Counted from the first letter of the stretch, positions 26,236-38,607 are shown. The stretch: 64,000 bases of DNA from Vicugna vicugna (GCA_013265495.1 MU058463.1:930001-994000), one strand, 5' to 3'. The notes: generated by a model from the sequence alone, not told the origin. Made by a program: numbers and translations.

Positions 26236-26529
26236 CTACTACCAGCCAGCCAAATTTCCTATACCTGTGCATCCTTTGGCTTATGGTTTTTCACAAGAGA
26301 TTCTCCTCCTGATAATTACTCTCATTATCAATTGGGACCCCTTTCTCTTTACCTCTAACATTTAAATTTTCCAAGAGAGAGATTGTCATTGGTTCTCTTA
26401 ATCCCCTATATCCTCTGGGTAGACCCTGTCTTGCACTGGACCACTGAGAAGTCATTAACTTGCCTTATTTTAGCCAGGTGTTCCCCATCCGTGAAGCAAC
26501 TCAGGCTGAAGGACTCTCTTGGATTAGTT

Positions 26530-26700
26530 CAATACAGAGGGATCTGCAGTACTGTACTGTTTCCATTAGCATCACCTGGAAACCTGAGACAGATGGAAAT
26601 CCTTAGGCCCCACTCCAAACCTACTCAATCAGAAGCTCTGGGAGTGATGCTCAGCAGCCTGTTTAACAAGTCCACACATGCTACTATTTCAGAACAACTT
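26530..26700. mobile_element. hAT-Charlie MER5A-like element
   Basis: 'cattagcatcacctggaaacctg...gaaatccttaggccccactccaaacctactcaatcagaagctctgggagtg...tgtttaacaag'. Confidence 0.82.
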
Positions 26701-27036
26701 ATTTAGAAGGTTAAGGGTATAACTGCACAGTGACTTGTTTAATGTAGGATAACTTAATTTCTGGAGGATATTAGTACCATTAACCAATGTAGAAAATTGC
26801 AAATGAGGGATCAGTTTTCAAAGTAAGAAAAAAAGTCAGTTTTGTGCATATTGACTTTGAGTTTCCCATGGGAATATACAGGAGCCACATAGAACTGTAC
26901 AGGAGCAAGTTTGGTTGATTTCTTTCTAATCTATCACTAATATAGTTTTAAAACATGACTATGAAACCATGGGTAATCATTAATTAAATCCATTTTACCT
27001 GTAATCTGCCTTCACCAATCAAGGTCATTGTAATTG

Positions 27037-27506
27037 TTTAGACAAAAGATGCTCTTGTCCACCAAGGGGCAGTGGCTTAAACAGTAAGATGTTGCCGGAG
27101 TTGTTTTCCAGGCACTTGGAGTCAGCTGTGCCTAGTTTAAGCTGAGCTGGTTAAGAGTCCACGGGAGAACTGACTCTTCAACTGGGCATGCGCGGGCATC
27201 CGCTAAATTACGTTTTGAACCTGCCGTGACCCGTAGTTTAGTTACTACGCCTGCGCAGAGTGGTGATTCTCCTACCTTTTTTCAGTTTTCCCCGCACTCC
27301 TGAGGCTCCGCTTGCCCCACAGCGCTCTGCTTCTTTATTTTCTCCCGTAAGTACCCCAGCCCTTTGCCTTGGTGGAAGTGGGTTTGAGATTTGTTCTTTG
27401 GTTTTCTGGCTTAGCTGCCTTGAGAATAAACCCTCTTTGCTGCAAACCTCGGCATCTCAGCTTTTTGGCTTGCTGTGCATCCGGCAGAAGATCTGGTTCA
27501 GTAACG
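27037..27506 (+). mobile_element. ERV1-type solo LTR with retained CpGs
   Basis: Flanked by ATTG (27033-27036 / 27507-27510); ends 'ggttcagtaacg' (CA altered to CG); AATAAA at 27425-27430 followed by U5-like 'ccctctttgctgcaaacctcggcatctcag'. Confidence 0.8.
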
Positions 27507-27639
27507 ATTGCTTTAACAAAGTACAGTTCAAGTTAAACATGGATAAATGACTTAAGCTTTGGAGTACTAGGCAGCTTCATGTATTCGTCTGGAGCCAGGC
27601 AGGTGAAGAATGAAGGCAAAAGTGAAAGGATGTTTTAGA

Positions 27640-28116
27640 TATAACTAAGCTTCCAACTCAGCTGATTGGAGTTAATCAGAAAAGGAGATGATTCTGCCTG
27701 AGCCTGACTTACTAAAGTAAAAGCCTTTAAAGGAGGGCCTGGGCTCCAGCTGAAGGGAGAGGATCTGCTTGCTGACTCGTTCATTGACGACTCCACCATG
27801 TTGGAGAAGCCCACTGGGCTTGGCACTGTGGGTTGGATCTAAAAACTTAAACTGGCTTCTAGGATTGGGGGCAGCCTCTCGCCAACAGCTAGCAAAAAGC
27901 CGAGGGCCCTTAGTCAAGGAATGAAATTGGCCAACCACCTAAATAAGCTCCATCGAGGATTCGTCCAGCCTTCAGATGAGAAAGCAGTCCTGCTGACGCC
28001 AGCCCAGGAACCAGGTAGGTTGTGCTCTGACCTGACCTGTAAACAGTGTGAGATAGTGTGTTATTTTAAGCTGTACTTACATGTAACTTACTATGCAGCA
28101 GTGTAAAAGTAATACA
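27640..28116 (+). mobile_element. MaLR LTR (MLT1D/E-like)
   Basis: 'gccaacagctagcaaaaagccgagggcccttagtcaaggaatgaaattggccaaccacc...ccagccttcagatgagaa...tgtgttattttaagctg...gcagcagtgtaaaagtaataca' terminus. Confidence 0.85.
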
Positions 28117-29269
28117 CGAGTTCTTCATTGCATAAAGCATGTATTGATAAATACAGTCTGTATGTATGTATTTGAAAATAGGAAAAAAATGTTAATATGG
28201 TCTATAGTTTTCTTTTTACCCTCCCCTTCTCCTTCCTTCCTCCCTGTTTATCACCTTGGGGGCAGGGAAACCTTCCAAAATAACTCCAGTGGTATTTTAA
28301 AGTTTGTTAGGATACTATTTGGCTGAGAGAGCCAATAAAAAAAAGGAAAAAAAAAACCCCTTAGATTTGCAGGAAAACCTGTTTTCTTTAGCCTTCATAA
28401 CACTCAGAAAAGCCTTGGGCCAAAACAAATACCTTCTGTTGCCACATAGAGACCCTTATGGAAGGTGAATACATAGCTATCAGGCTGGAATTCACACCTA
28501 ATGAGTTCTGTATTACAGGAATAATAATCTCACACCAAAGAAAAATGGGTGTGAAAGAAGATTGTGAAAAGAAAAACATATATATTAATTTTATACTTTC
28601 TGATTCCTAAATCATCCTAGAGCCTAAAGGAAGAACAACAAAAAAACTACCCTTTATAATACCATTTTTAAAAATATTTGTTTTATTCTTTTTTTCTTGC
28701 CTCAAAATTGTCTTTGGAGAAGAAAAAACTTTTTAAATATGCCTCACTTACCTTTCTAATGAAGCAGTAAGTCTGCCTGCAATTATTGAAGAGTTTTACT
28801 GCTAATTATGAAAGGAAATTGACAGTCCATTTTAAAAAGCCTATGAAAAAGTAATAAAATTTCCAGAATCTTTAAGAGGCCTTGTACATCTCTGTCACTG
28901 ATCTGAAATTTACTCTGTGCACTTTTAAAGATTGGTATCTTAGTCTGTTTACCTCCTGGGCATAAACCTGGGTCTGTGCTGTTTATTATTCTTTTTCCCT
29001 TATGCTGATTTTTGTCTGTTTATCACCTGAATTGTGTCACTCGGCCAGAACCCCACTGCGTAGATATGCCTGTACCCCACATTTGGAGACAGTTAAAGTT
29101 GAACCAATATCCCGTCTCTAGCTCCCAAGGACATAAATCTGGATAATTGTTTGTCCTTAAATATTCTAAGATAAAGAGCTTTGGTCTGGAGGCTCAGAGT
29201 GGTATCAGTTCGGTCTCGTTAAAATATCCTGTAACTTATGCATTGGTTACCCTTAAAATTTAGTTTTCT

Positions 29270-29560
29270 TCCAGAGTTTCAAAAAATTCAATCTTGTAGC
29301 TGCCAGGCTATTTCCATCTGTATACTGAGTAGCAGCAGAAGATTTAAGATGTCTAAAACTGAACTCATCATTCTCAGCTGTTTGTACCAACAATCCAGTT
29401 GCCAGACCAGAAACCTGATGCTCATTCTGGGAGTCCTGTACATCATGAAGTCCTCAGTCTTCCTTAATTTCACATTCAGTCCATCATTGGCCCAGTCCGT
29501 TTGCCCCTCCAATAGCTCACACCTTTGCCTTTCTCTATCAATCCCTACTGCCTGCTCTTA
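29270..29560 (+). mobile_element. L2 fragment
   Basis: 'tttcttccagagtttca...atgtctaaaactgaactcatcatt...gccagaccagaaacctg...cacattcagtccatca'. Confidence 0.65.
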
Positions 29561-29894
29561 AGTGAGTTCAACTTTGGCAAAGCATATTTGTTACCTTTTT
29601 CTAAGAGAATCCACAATAACACACAGGCAAAGGGGCAGAGTCAAGTCACAACAATAGGTACAGTTTTGCCAAGCCGCTTTTACAATGCTAATGTCAAGTA
29701 CTTTATCTTGGAGATATTCTCAGTCTGGAGCCAGTAATTCAATGGGCACATCATTAAGACAAAAATGATATATTAGTGATAATTTAGAGTTCTAACTGCT
29801 AATAAAAATGTGCAAGCTAAAATTCACTGAGCAATCATATACAATTTAGATGTATTATATTTAATTCTCCCAATATCATACCCTATCTTATGAA

Positions 29895-30090
29895 AAGGCA
29901 GTATAGCTTTGATTTAGAGCATGGACTTTGAAGTCAGCCTGGCTGAGACTGAGTTTCAGTTTTGCTATTTAGAACCTGTGTGATCTTAGACAACTTTTAA
30001 AATTCTGTAGTGCCTCAGCTTCCTCATGTAAAATAGAGACAATGATAATTGTACATAGTTGACAGGATCTTTCCTGGGATGTGGTATACA
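29895..30090 (+). mobile_element. MIR SINE
   Basis: 'tagagcatggactttgaagtcagcctgg...ctgtgtgatcttagacaac...tgcctcagcttcctcatgtaaaatagagacaatgata'. Confidence 0.85.
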
Positions 30091-31234
30091 CTCAGTATTA
30101 TATATTTTTGTTCCTTTTATTATATAATTCTTGGAAACTCATATTTTAAGTAACATTCCAAAGTTATACAGTTAATAAAGTGGTAGAAACAAGGTAAAAA
30201 TATGTGTTTACTTTAGAATACATAATTTTAATCTCACTGCTTTATTGCTTTCCAATTGGTATAAAGGCTTGAAGGTACAGTTATCAAACTATATTTTTTC
30301 CATTTTCAGTAAATATTTTTCATGTTGGCTTTTTGTCAAATTATTTTTGGTCATAAAATTTATGACACTTGAGAATCTTAAGTATTACATAAACATTTTA
30401 GAAAACTAAAAAAAGTTAACTGGCATTTCTCTTTATTGCTGCCACCTGGAAGAAACATGTGAAAATAGTAGTTATGTAGCCCCTGTCCTGTCCATTAATG
30501 AAGTCCGAAAAGTAATCATCTATTGGAAGTTATTTACAGTTGGCATATTTGGATATTTCCATTTTATGAAGAAACGGTGACATCAACATATTTGTAATGC
30601 ATAGTCTTTTTGATTAAATATTGTGCTATGACTAAAGGAAAGATTTAAGGTTTAATAGATTATTTTCTAACATTTAAATTTCAAAAAATGACACCTTAAA
30701 TTTCTACCTTCGATCATTTTCCTTTAAGTGTCTTTTACTGTTTGAAGTCATAATGGAAGACAATTAACTTCTGGTAATTAGCTTTATATATTAAATGGTA
30801 CACTTACATTATTTGATGTATTTGGTTTACATAGTATGTAGTAGATTCCTATAATAATGAAAATATAAATATTCAATATCCTCTGTCTTTCCATTCTCCA
30901 ATATTGTTATTATATTTAATTTTATAGATAGGTGTTTTTATCATTTTGACTATGTAAACACTGTAATTCAGGGCCAATAATTTTTTTATTGAAGATCTGT
31001 TTTGAATTAATTTTTCCAGTTTTTTATTATTTGCTGCATACATACCTATTTCTGTCTGGAAACTTCTTACCGTTAGCTATCATATTTTTCCAAACTGTAT
31101 CAAGTCTACCGTTTACCCAGATAGTTCCAGTCTACTTATTGAGATAATGCTCAGTCCATGGTACATTTAAGTTTGTTCAGTTATTTGGGTTTCATGAATC
31201 ATATTCCAAGTCTAATAATTGAGTAGTGATTGAA

Positions 31235-31570
31235 TATTAATTAGCAATCATAGTAATTCCATTCTCTTTGTCAGTGATTGTTTTAGATATGTCCTTGGTA
31301 AGCACTCTTGGCTAATGTGGAGACGGAGATCGAGATGGTGTTAGGGAAAAATTTCCTAGATAGGTGTAAAACCGCAACTCATCCCTTTCTGGCTTTGGAT
31401 AATGTTTTTTGTGGACAGAATACTTGGATCTGCTACAACTCCTTTGCAAACATAACACCAGCATAACCATAGAGAAGCTTTTCTTGGTCCCTGAATTTGT
31501 GATCAGCTGAAATAATATTCATGGGCTATCCTGGCTGCAGGCTCTTGTTATGAGACATTAAAATAAAAAA
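31235..31570 (+). mobile_element. Old MaLR LTR fragment (MLT1J/K-like)
   Basis: 'atagtaattccattctctttgtcagtgattgttttag...tcttggctaatg...cttggatctgctacaact...ctcttgttatgagacattaaataaa'. Confidence 0.6.
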
Positions 31571-31749
31571 GAATGAAATAGCCTCATAATTATGCCTATT
31601 TTGCGTGTGTGTGTATAGTTTTAAGTTTAATGGAATCTATATCTTTTCCTTGTCAGAAGGAATTTGCTTGACCTCTATTTTTCATAATTTCTTGCCATTT
31701 TGGGGTTACTTTGTATGTATGTTTTACACTGCATTTCATTTTTTTATAG

Positions 31750-32310
31750 GAGTTTTTTTGGACAGCAGTGAAATTCACTGTTATTTACTTAAACATGTTT
31801 TATACTTTCTAAGTTTTTATGAATTTGTTCCTTACATTGATGCAGTAGTTCTCTGAGAGTAGTTTCCTGAGAGGTTCTTTGATATACTAACTGTGGTTGC
31901 CTGAGAGTATGTTTATTTTCTTGGCATTTAAAAGATATTTTAGCTGGCATTAAAATTAAATGCTCTAAGTTGTTTTTCTTCAACACTTTTACACTATTAC
32001 TCCATTACCTTTGTACATCTTAGTTTGCTCTTGAAAAATGGATATTTATATAGTTCTCATTTCTTTGCAAATAAGTGTAATTTTTTTCAGTTTTTGGAAG
32101 ACTTCTATGTTAAGTCTATTGTTACTGATGTTCTTAAATTGCATTTAATTGAGATAGAGGATTTTTCTATGGTGAGTTTATGTGTTTGTAGTTGTTGCTC
32201 CATGAAATGTTTTAAAATAGAGTATTTTTCTATTGGAAAAATTCTCAATCATTAGTTCAACTATAACTCAAATTTACATTTTTCTTTTTTATAAGCCTCT
32301 AAATAAAGAT
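31750..32310 (-). mobile_element. Old L1/HAL1 ORF1 remnant
   Basis: ORF 31789-31986(-) 'LKKNNLEHLILMPAKISFKCQENKHTL' resembles the ORF1p C-terminal motif RILYPAKLSF; the element appears to continue at ~34540-35210 beyond a nested insert. Confidence 0.7.
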
Positions 32311-32315
32311 GATCT

Positions 32316-33470
32316 GACTTCCAGTTTCTGGTCCAGCATAGGAACTCGAAGTTTACTCTCTATTCACAGAACAAGAAAAAAGCTGAACAAGCTGAAAATC
32401 AACAATTGTTCTTAGCTTCCTCAGAGAGTTAAGATCATATGAAAAACTGCTGCCTGAAAAATTGAAGAGACAGTTAGCTTGGTAGGAAAAAAAACTATAT
32501 TGCTACTGGCTCAATGCAGGCAAGGTTGAGAGTTAAGAATTCCAGGAGGGCGGGGCTAGCCTTAGGACCCCCCCCCCCGCCAATATACACATATTCACTT
32601 TCATGAATTTTACCTCTAGGAGATCTACCAGGTTACAAGAGTGCAGATTGGGAAAAGTCCCCTGCTGCTTCTGGCAAGAGGAGGGGAAAAGTAGCAATTT
32701 AAAATACATCCAGGGAATTCTGCTCTTTTTAAATGGACCATCCTCAAGGGAACTTCTTTACCAGACCTTAACTTATTGGGGGTTTAGTAGAATAACTGAT
32801 CTTGAAAGAGGGGAATATCTAACTCTCCTCCCCTTTAGCTTTCCACGTGTGGAAGGAGAAAAATTGCTCTCATTCCCTATTTGCTTTCCACTACACCTGA
32901 GAGAGGAAAAGCCAAATAAGTCAACTGGGAAGCACTCGTGAAGGTCATAGTCTGGGGCTTAGGCTCACTAGAACATATCAGTAGAGGTCCTGTGCAATAA
33001 CAGGGGAATACAAAAGACAGAACTACATGCTCAAACCTTATTTAAGGAGAAATCTCTAGGAAAACCCAAACATGACAGCCAAAGCAAGGACATCAGAGGA
33101 CAATTTAACAATTATAGCAAACAGTAATTACAGCCAACTCCTAGCCAGATAAACACAAAATCTTACAATAAAAGCCTCTCTACCTCAGTTCCTGTTTACC
33201 CAGTACACGTCCAACTTTCAACAAAAATTACCAGGCATACTAAGACAAAAAACCCGATTTGGAGACATAAATCATGCATCAAAACCAGACATAGATATAG
33301 CAGAAATTTGAGAATTACCAGACTGGGAATCGATAATTTGTAGTTAAAAACTTCAATCAACTTGCTAAAGGCTTTAATGGAAGAAGTATACAAGAACAGA
33401 TGGGTATTGTAAGTAGATGGAAATGCTAAGAATCAAAAGGAGATGCTGGAAATAAAAAATGCAGTAACAA
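32316..33470 (+). mobile_element. L1 5'UTR + start of ORF1 (L1MC/L1MD-type 5' end)
   Basis: Starts 'gacttccagtttctggtccagc...aacaagaaaaaagctgaacaagctgaaaatcaac'; ORF1-like 'aaggctttaatggaagaagta...aatcaaaaggagatgctggaaataaaaaatgcagtaac'. Confidence 0.8.
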
Positions 33471-33479
33471 TGTTAAACT

Positions 33480-33655
33480 AGCCTTAGCCTTGTATACTTG
33501 AAGTAAATTCTACATATCCCTGATGTATAATGTTTCTAATATTTTGAGGTTTTGTATCTATGTTCATGAGAGCTATTTGTAATTTTCCTTTCCTATAATA
33601 CATTTGTCTTGTTTTGGTATTAAGATAATGCTGACCTCATAGCATAAGTTAGATT
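33480..33655 (-). mobile_element. L1 ORF2 fragment
   Basis: 'tttgaggttttgtatctatgttcatgagag...tttgtcttgttttggtattaagataatgctgacctcatag'. Confidence 0.8.
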
Positions 33656-33659
33656 AGGA

Positions 33660-34536
33660 GTCAAACTGCGTTGTGTTATCTCTGGATGTAGGTATCAGAG
33701 TCTGAGATCTCCAGAGTTCTCATTTTTATTTCCCCCTTTGTCTTATGTTTCTCTAGAGACCACTTCTTGAATAGTGTCTGAGCCCTTCAGTTCCTTCACC
33801 TGTAACCCCTGTTACTACATAGAACCAGGACTGAAATGGCGTTAAGGTGTAGTAGAGGAGGAAGTGTGCTAAAGTTCCATGATTAGGTTTCAGTATTTGA
33901 GTGAGTCTGGGCCCTTGGCCCTGACCTCCGTAAGTGCTCCTCAGCTTCCCTGCCACACCCTTCTGTGTGAGACAGGAGGGTTGGTAAGGGAGGGGGTTAG
34001 ATATTTCCCTACCCGCAGGTGAGTTAAGCTCTGGTAAAATCAGAGTTGGTTAGGCTTTAGTAAAATAGCTCAATTTAGGACCAAGCCTTTGTTAATAACA
34101 GCCTGCTAGAGGACTATTTTAAAATGATTACTTTTCTCCTCCTCTGCCAGAAGCAGGAGGGGATTTTTTTCACAATTATTTACCCTGAGAACCTGGTGGG
34201 ACACATGGAAGTAAAACTCAAAGGTTTGGGGGATCTCCTTAAGACTGGGCCCCAAAGAGTTTTTAATGTCTCAATCTCAGCCCTCATCAGGTAGTTAATT
34301 ACCCATTAATGATTTCTATCAGTTGGCTCCAGGGGCAGCAGCTTTGGCTCTCAAATGCCTTTGATTCTCCATATTTACCTATCTTAGTCTTTAATGTGGT
34401 GATTTGACCTGTGACATCAATTCTCTGATAGATTTAAAAGAGTTGTCATGAGCAGTTTGTTCAGGTTTTTTCTTGTTGTGAAGATGAAAATGACAACTTC
34501 CAAGTTCTTTATATATTGTGCTAGAAACCAGAAGTC
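33660..34536 (-). mobile_element. L1 5'UTR (same family as 32316-33470), opposite strand
   Basis: Reverse complement begins 'gacttctggtttctagcac...acaacaagaaaaaacctgaacaaactg' and shares 'cccctcctgcttctggcagaggaggagaaaagtaa' with the plus copy. Confidence 0.8.
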
Positions 34537-35289
34537 TGTTATTGCTTTTAATCATGATTGAATTTTTCATGTCATGTTGTGTTCCCTCATGGGTGCAATA
34601 TTCTCCTGGGGTTACTAAACAGCTTGGATGATGGATTCTATTTAGGAGACATACTTAGACTTCACTATGCATGACATGCTTAGATGGTGGTTAAGAGAGC
34701 CCCTTGAGAACAGAGAAGAGAACTTGATACTAAAGTCATAGTTGATAAGGAATATTTGTTTCAGAACATGCTGTTTAAGAACTGTATTTCAACTCTAATA
34801 ATCAAGTTCTCTGGATAAAGAGTAGGGATAGGGAAAAGAAGAAACGGGCTATTCCTTATATGGGGAAACTTCCCCTTCCTTGCAAGATGCTATAGACATC
34901 TTAATGTAATCCAGCAAAATTTGCTACCAAGTTTTTTTGTTTTGAAATAACAATGTAGAGGGTTATTATCCAATAAAAGAAGACTTGTAAGGATATCTTC
35001 TCATCCCTAATTCCTATTCCTGTAACCATTAATCTTCGTACATAAGCTGGCTAACAATTTTCTTCTGCTCTTGGTCTCTTTTTGAGGGGGTTGTATGTGC
35101 AAGTCAGATATATTTACTTCTTGGTTTTCTGGCATCATATGGATTAGCGTTTGGAAGGAGAATTAGTGATGTGTGATACTTTGCGATTCTTCAAGGCTTA
35201 GAAGTGTCGTCATGAGATTTTTTTTCCTTATTGAGTTAGATTTTTTTTAGGTCTCAACACTTTATTTTAAGGTCTGTTTCCTTATGTTC

Positions 35290-35900
35290 TGGAGAATATA
35301 TTTTATAAATTTCCTGAGAAATTCTGAATAAGAAGGATGTTTTATGAATAATTACAAGTTTGAAAATGTATTTTTTTTTGTCCTCCATCTTTTGTTTATT
35401 GAGGTTTCTCACAGAATTTTGCAGTCATGGAAAATTTTTCTCTAATATCCAGTCATGCTTTTGAAAAACACATACATGGAGAATAGTGACTGAGTAGACT
35501 ATGTTTATTTATTTTTTTTACCTGTACACATTAAATATTGTACCTTCATCTCCAGTGTTCAGGAATTTGATGATGAACATATTTTTGTGGATCTTTGTAT
35601 ATGTATTGTAGTTGGTATTATGTAAACATTTTTAATCTGGAGACTTAAAGCCTTCAGTTCTAGGAACTTCTCTCTCATTTCTTTGTTCATCTTTTCTAAA
35701 CATCTTTAGATCTTCTTCCTCGATAGGTACTAAGGTCTCTTATTTTTAATTTTTACTCTATTCCACTTTTTGCTTTGATTTATGCATGAAGATTTTTCCT
35801 TAAATAGTATCTATTAAATTATATTTTTATTTTATTAACTCCAGAGATCTATGTCCTTTCATTAATCTTGCTCTTATACAATGATTGTAGTATGTCTCAT
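35290..35900 (-). mobile_element. Old L1/HAL1 ORF1 region fragment
   Basis: 'aagtttgaaaatgtattttttttgtcctcc', 'atctggagacttaaagccttcagttctaggaacttc' resemble reverse-complemented ORF1. Confidence 0.55.
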
Positions 35901-35979
35901 ACCTCAGTCTGTTAACTTTAAAACTTCCCTTCTAGGCCTCCTTTGTAGGGGACGTTGATAAGAATGATTATAGGAACAA

Positions 35980-36500
35980 ATGGTAGTCTCCCCCATCTGC
36001 TCCCTAAGTCACAGCTGATTCTCATAAGATCCTTCCTCTGTTATCCATTCTACACTCTTCTGATGGAATAGGTGGCTTACTCGGTAGGGTGACCTAGATC
36101 TTCGTCCCTGAGTAATCTTAGCCTTGTATCCCAGGCTGTACATGGGCACTGATGCTGTGCTTGTCCACTGACTATCAGAATTACACTGATGATCTCCAGG
36201 GTGCTATACTTAGTCTTTGACACTGCTGTGTCACCGCAAGCTTACCTCATTCCAATGATTGCAATCAATTCTCACTGAATGGTAGGTGATTTTTTTTCCT
36301 GACTGCTGGTGTCTTAGAAGACTGAAATGAATGGGCAGGGAGCAGTCTTAACTTTGAGTATTAGTGGAATTCCTGCTATAGCATCTGGTAGAAGAATTTC
36401 TCCTCTAGGAATTAGAATCTCGAAGCCTATGGTGTCCAGAATTGCAGGTTTTTGAAAGTATACATTTGCCAAGTGGATCAGTGAACATTGTTATAAGTAC
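35980..36500 (-). mobile_element. ERVL-class internal remnant (post-integrase, dUTPase-like region)
   Basis: Minus strand from ~36449 translates PAILDTIGFEILIPRGEILLPDAIAGIPL..., similar to the ERVL motif 'GLEVLVPKGGMLPPGDT..IPL' as I recall it; frameshifted afterwards. Confidence 0.65.
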
Positions 36501-36502
36501 AA

Positions 36503-36705
36503 ATCACAGGTTGAGTTTCACAGAAATTGCACTCAGAGTTATTGAGAGGTGCATGCATGAACTTCATTGGCACATATTCTTGGCATCAAGGACTGTGGGA
36601 AACTTAAGGAAAGAAAATTCAGCTGAGGAACACTTAGGTCTTGATACAGTCACAATTGATTTTAGTTAATCCTGCTGAGACTTCTAAAATTCTTGGAATA
36701 AATGT
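36503..36705 (-). mobile_element. ERVL LTR (LTR16-like) 3' part, attached to the internal remnant
   Basis: 'tcacaggttgagtttcacagaaattgcactcagag...gcatgcatgaacttcattggcacatattcttggcatcaa' resembles the reverse complement of the LTR16 R/U5 end. Confidence 0.55.
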
Positions 36706-36708
36706 GGA

Positions 36709-37095
36709 TTGTAGTGGGCTATGTCATGTTTTCTCCAGATTTGCCCTGCAGAACTCAAGCTTTGGTTTCCCAGCTAATGGCGGTGTTAGCAGCCAGCAGT
36801 CTCACCTAAGTCCCTCTCATCTCTGATGAAGTCACACCTCAAAAGTCACCTACCTCTTCCTGGGACAGCCCCCAACCAAATAGTCATTGTTGATTGGATA
36901 TGAAGATCTGAGATTCAGAATCATTAGAGAATTAGCTCAGGCCTTTGTAACTGAACTGCAGTTCCCCCTTTCCCTCTGCCCAGTCCTGCTTCCTTCCTGG
37001 CCCCCAGGTACCAATGCTGAGAGCACTCCCCAGGAAACTTCCTTTGTGGCAGTGTTCCACCCAGATTCATCTTCCCAGGGAACCTCTTGCGTTGA
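36709..37095 (+). mobile_element. ERVL solo LTR (LTR16-like)
   Basis: 'tgtagtgggctatg...ttccctctgcccagtcctgcttccttcc...gagagcactccccaggaaacttcc...cttcccagggaacct'. Confidence 0.75.
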
Positions 37096-38607
37096 TAAGA
37101 TTTCTTTGGCGCAAATCACACTTATTTCCTGAAGCAAGTGGATCTGAATGTGAAAGCAACCTTTGACAATGACTTTTTGGGGGCCTTTCAGTTTTTTCAT
37201 AGATGAAGTTGCAGGGCCCCCTAACTTACTCTCTGGTAGTAAAGTGCCTTTTGTCAGTCTGCCTGAGAGATGGGAAAACAAGATCAGTGCCCTGTCATGG
37301 AGATTTTCCCTTCATTTTCTTGTTTTTTGCTTTATTTCTTATCCTGCCCTCTACTTTTGTTTCCTGATTCCATTGTCTCCTCAAGAAAAAATGTTGACAG
37401 AGAGTCAATTTCTGCTATCTTAGCAGATGCTCTGCTTTCTAGCATGTTTTACAGGTAAATATGTCACTTGTTCCTATAGGTAGAATTTTAAACAATTTTG
37501 CCCACATTTTATTTTGTACATGGTGCTCCCAGATTCTAGTCTCTTAGTAGTTCAACAAGCTAAGTGGTTCTCTGCTTGTTTTGTCTCTAAAGCCTGAAAT
37601 CCTCTACTCTTCAGGTAAAATCGTAATACAGATTCTAAACAAAACTATTTCAATGCTATAAATTCAAACCTAAAAATTATTCTAATCAGTTTTTCTATCT
37701 AGCAGATAATCATGGAATTATATATGTATACGAGAATTTGAACATAGGAAGTAGATTTTAACAAGACTTTTGGAAATAGTTAATAATGGGTAGGAGCTGA
37801 GAGCAGCAAACATTATTTTATGGACAAGTGTTCTAATAATAATTTACTAAACATCAAAGCAAGGAAATGCATATGATAATTAAAACTAAAGAAACTAAAT
37901 TCTAAACAATTTGATGCCTTGGAGCTTTTGCTAGTATGTTGATTATCTCAGTGATTTAAAATATAACTTTCAAAATCTACATCAACTTTTTTTAGGTATT
38001 GGAAATTTATTTTAGGGTTATGATCCTGGGAAACTCATGTAGTTTCTCCAAATAGTAACTACTGGAATTGTCTTTGTTGTTCCCAAACTTTAAATGTTTA
38101 ATGATTGTTTATATCCGACCTTAGAAGCTTAATTTCAGTTTTATGAAGATGGTTTCTCATATGAAGTTTAAAGACCACACTTTGGACGTTACTACTTTTG
38201 GTACTGTGATTTTGACTCCTGCTTAAAAGATATTTTATATCAATATAGGCATAAGCATAATATTTCTCAATCTACACTTATAATCCAAAATTTTAATTTG
38301 GTACTAGCAATTTTCTCAACTTTATTTTTGCCACTCCATTGTTCTAATAGGTAAATAAGTAAAATTAAAGCCGAGAAATCAGACCCATCATGTAGATTTT
38401 ACAAGACAGTCTCACTTCTTTCCTTGCCCCATATCAAAAGATCTGTGTGTATATGTTTGAGTATTTAAATTGATAATTATTCAGGAAATAGCAAAAATAC
38501 ATGTGAAAAAATCTTCCGCACTTAGATAATACTGCATTATTCACAGAACGGAGTTTCCACCATGTCCCACCCACCCCTATCCCATCAACATTCTGGAGTG
38601 AGGAACC

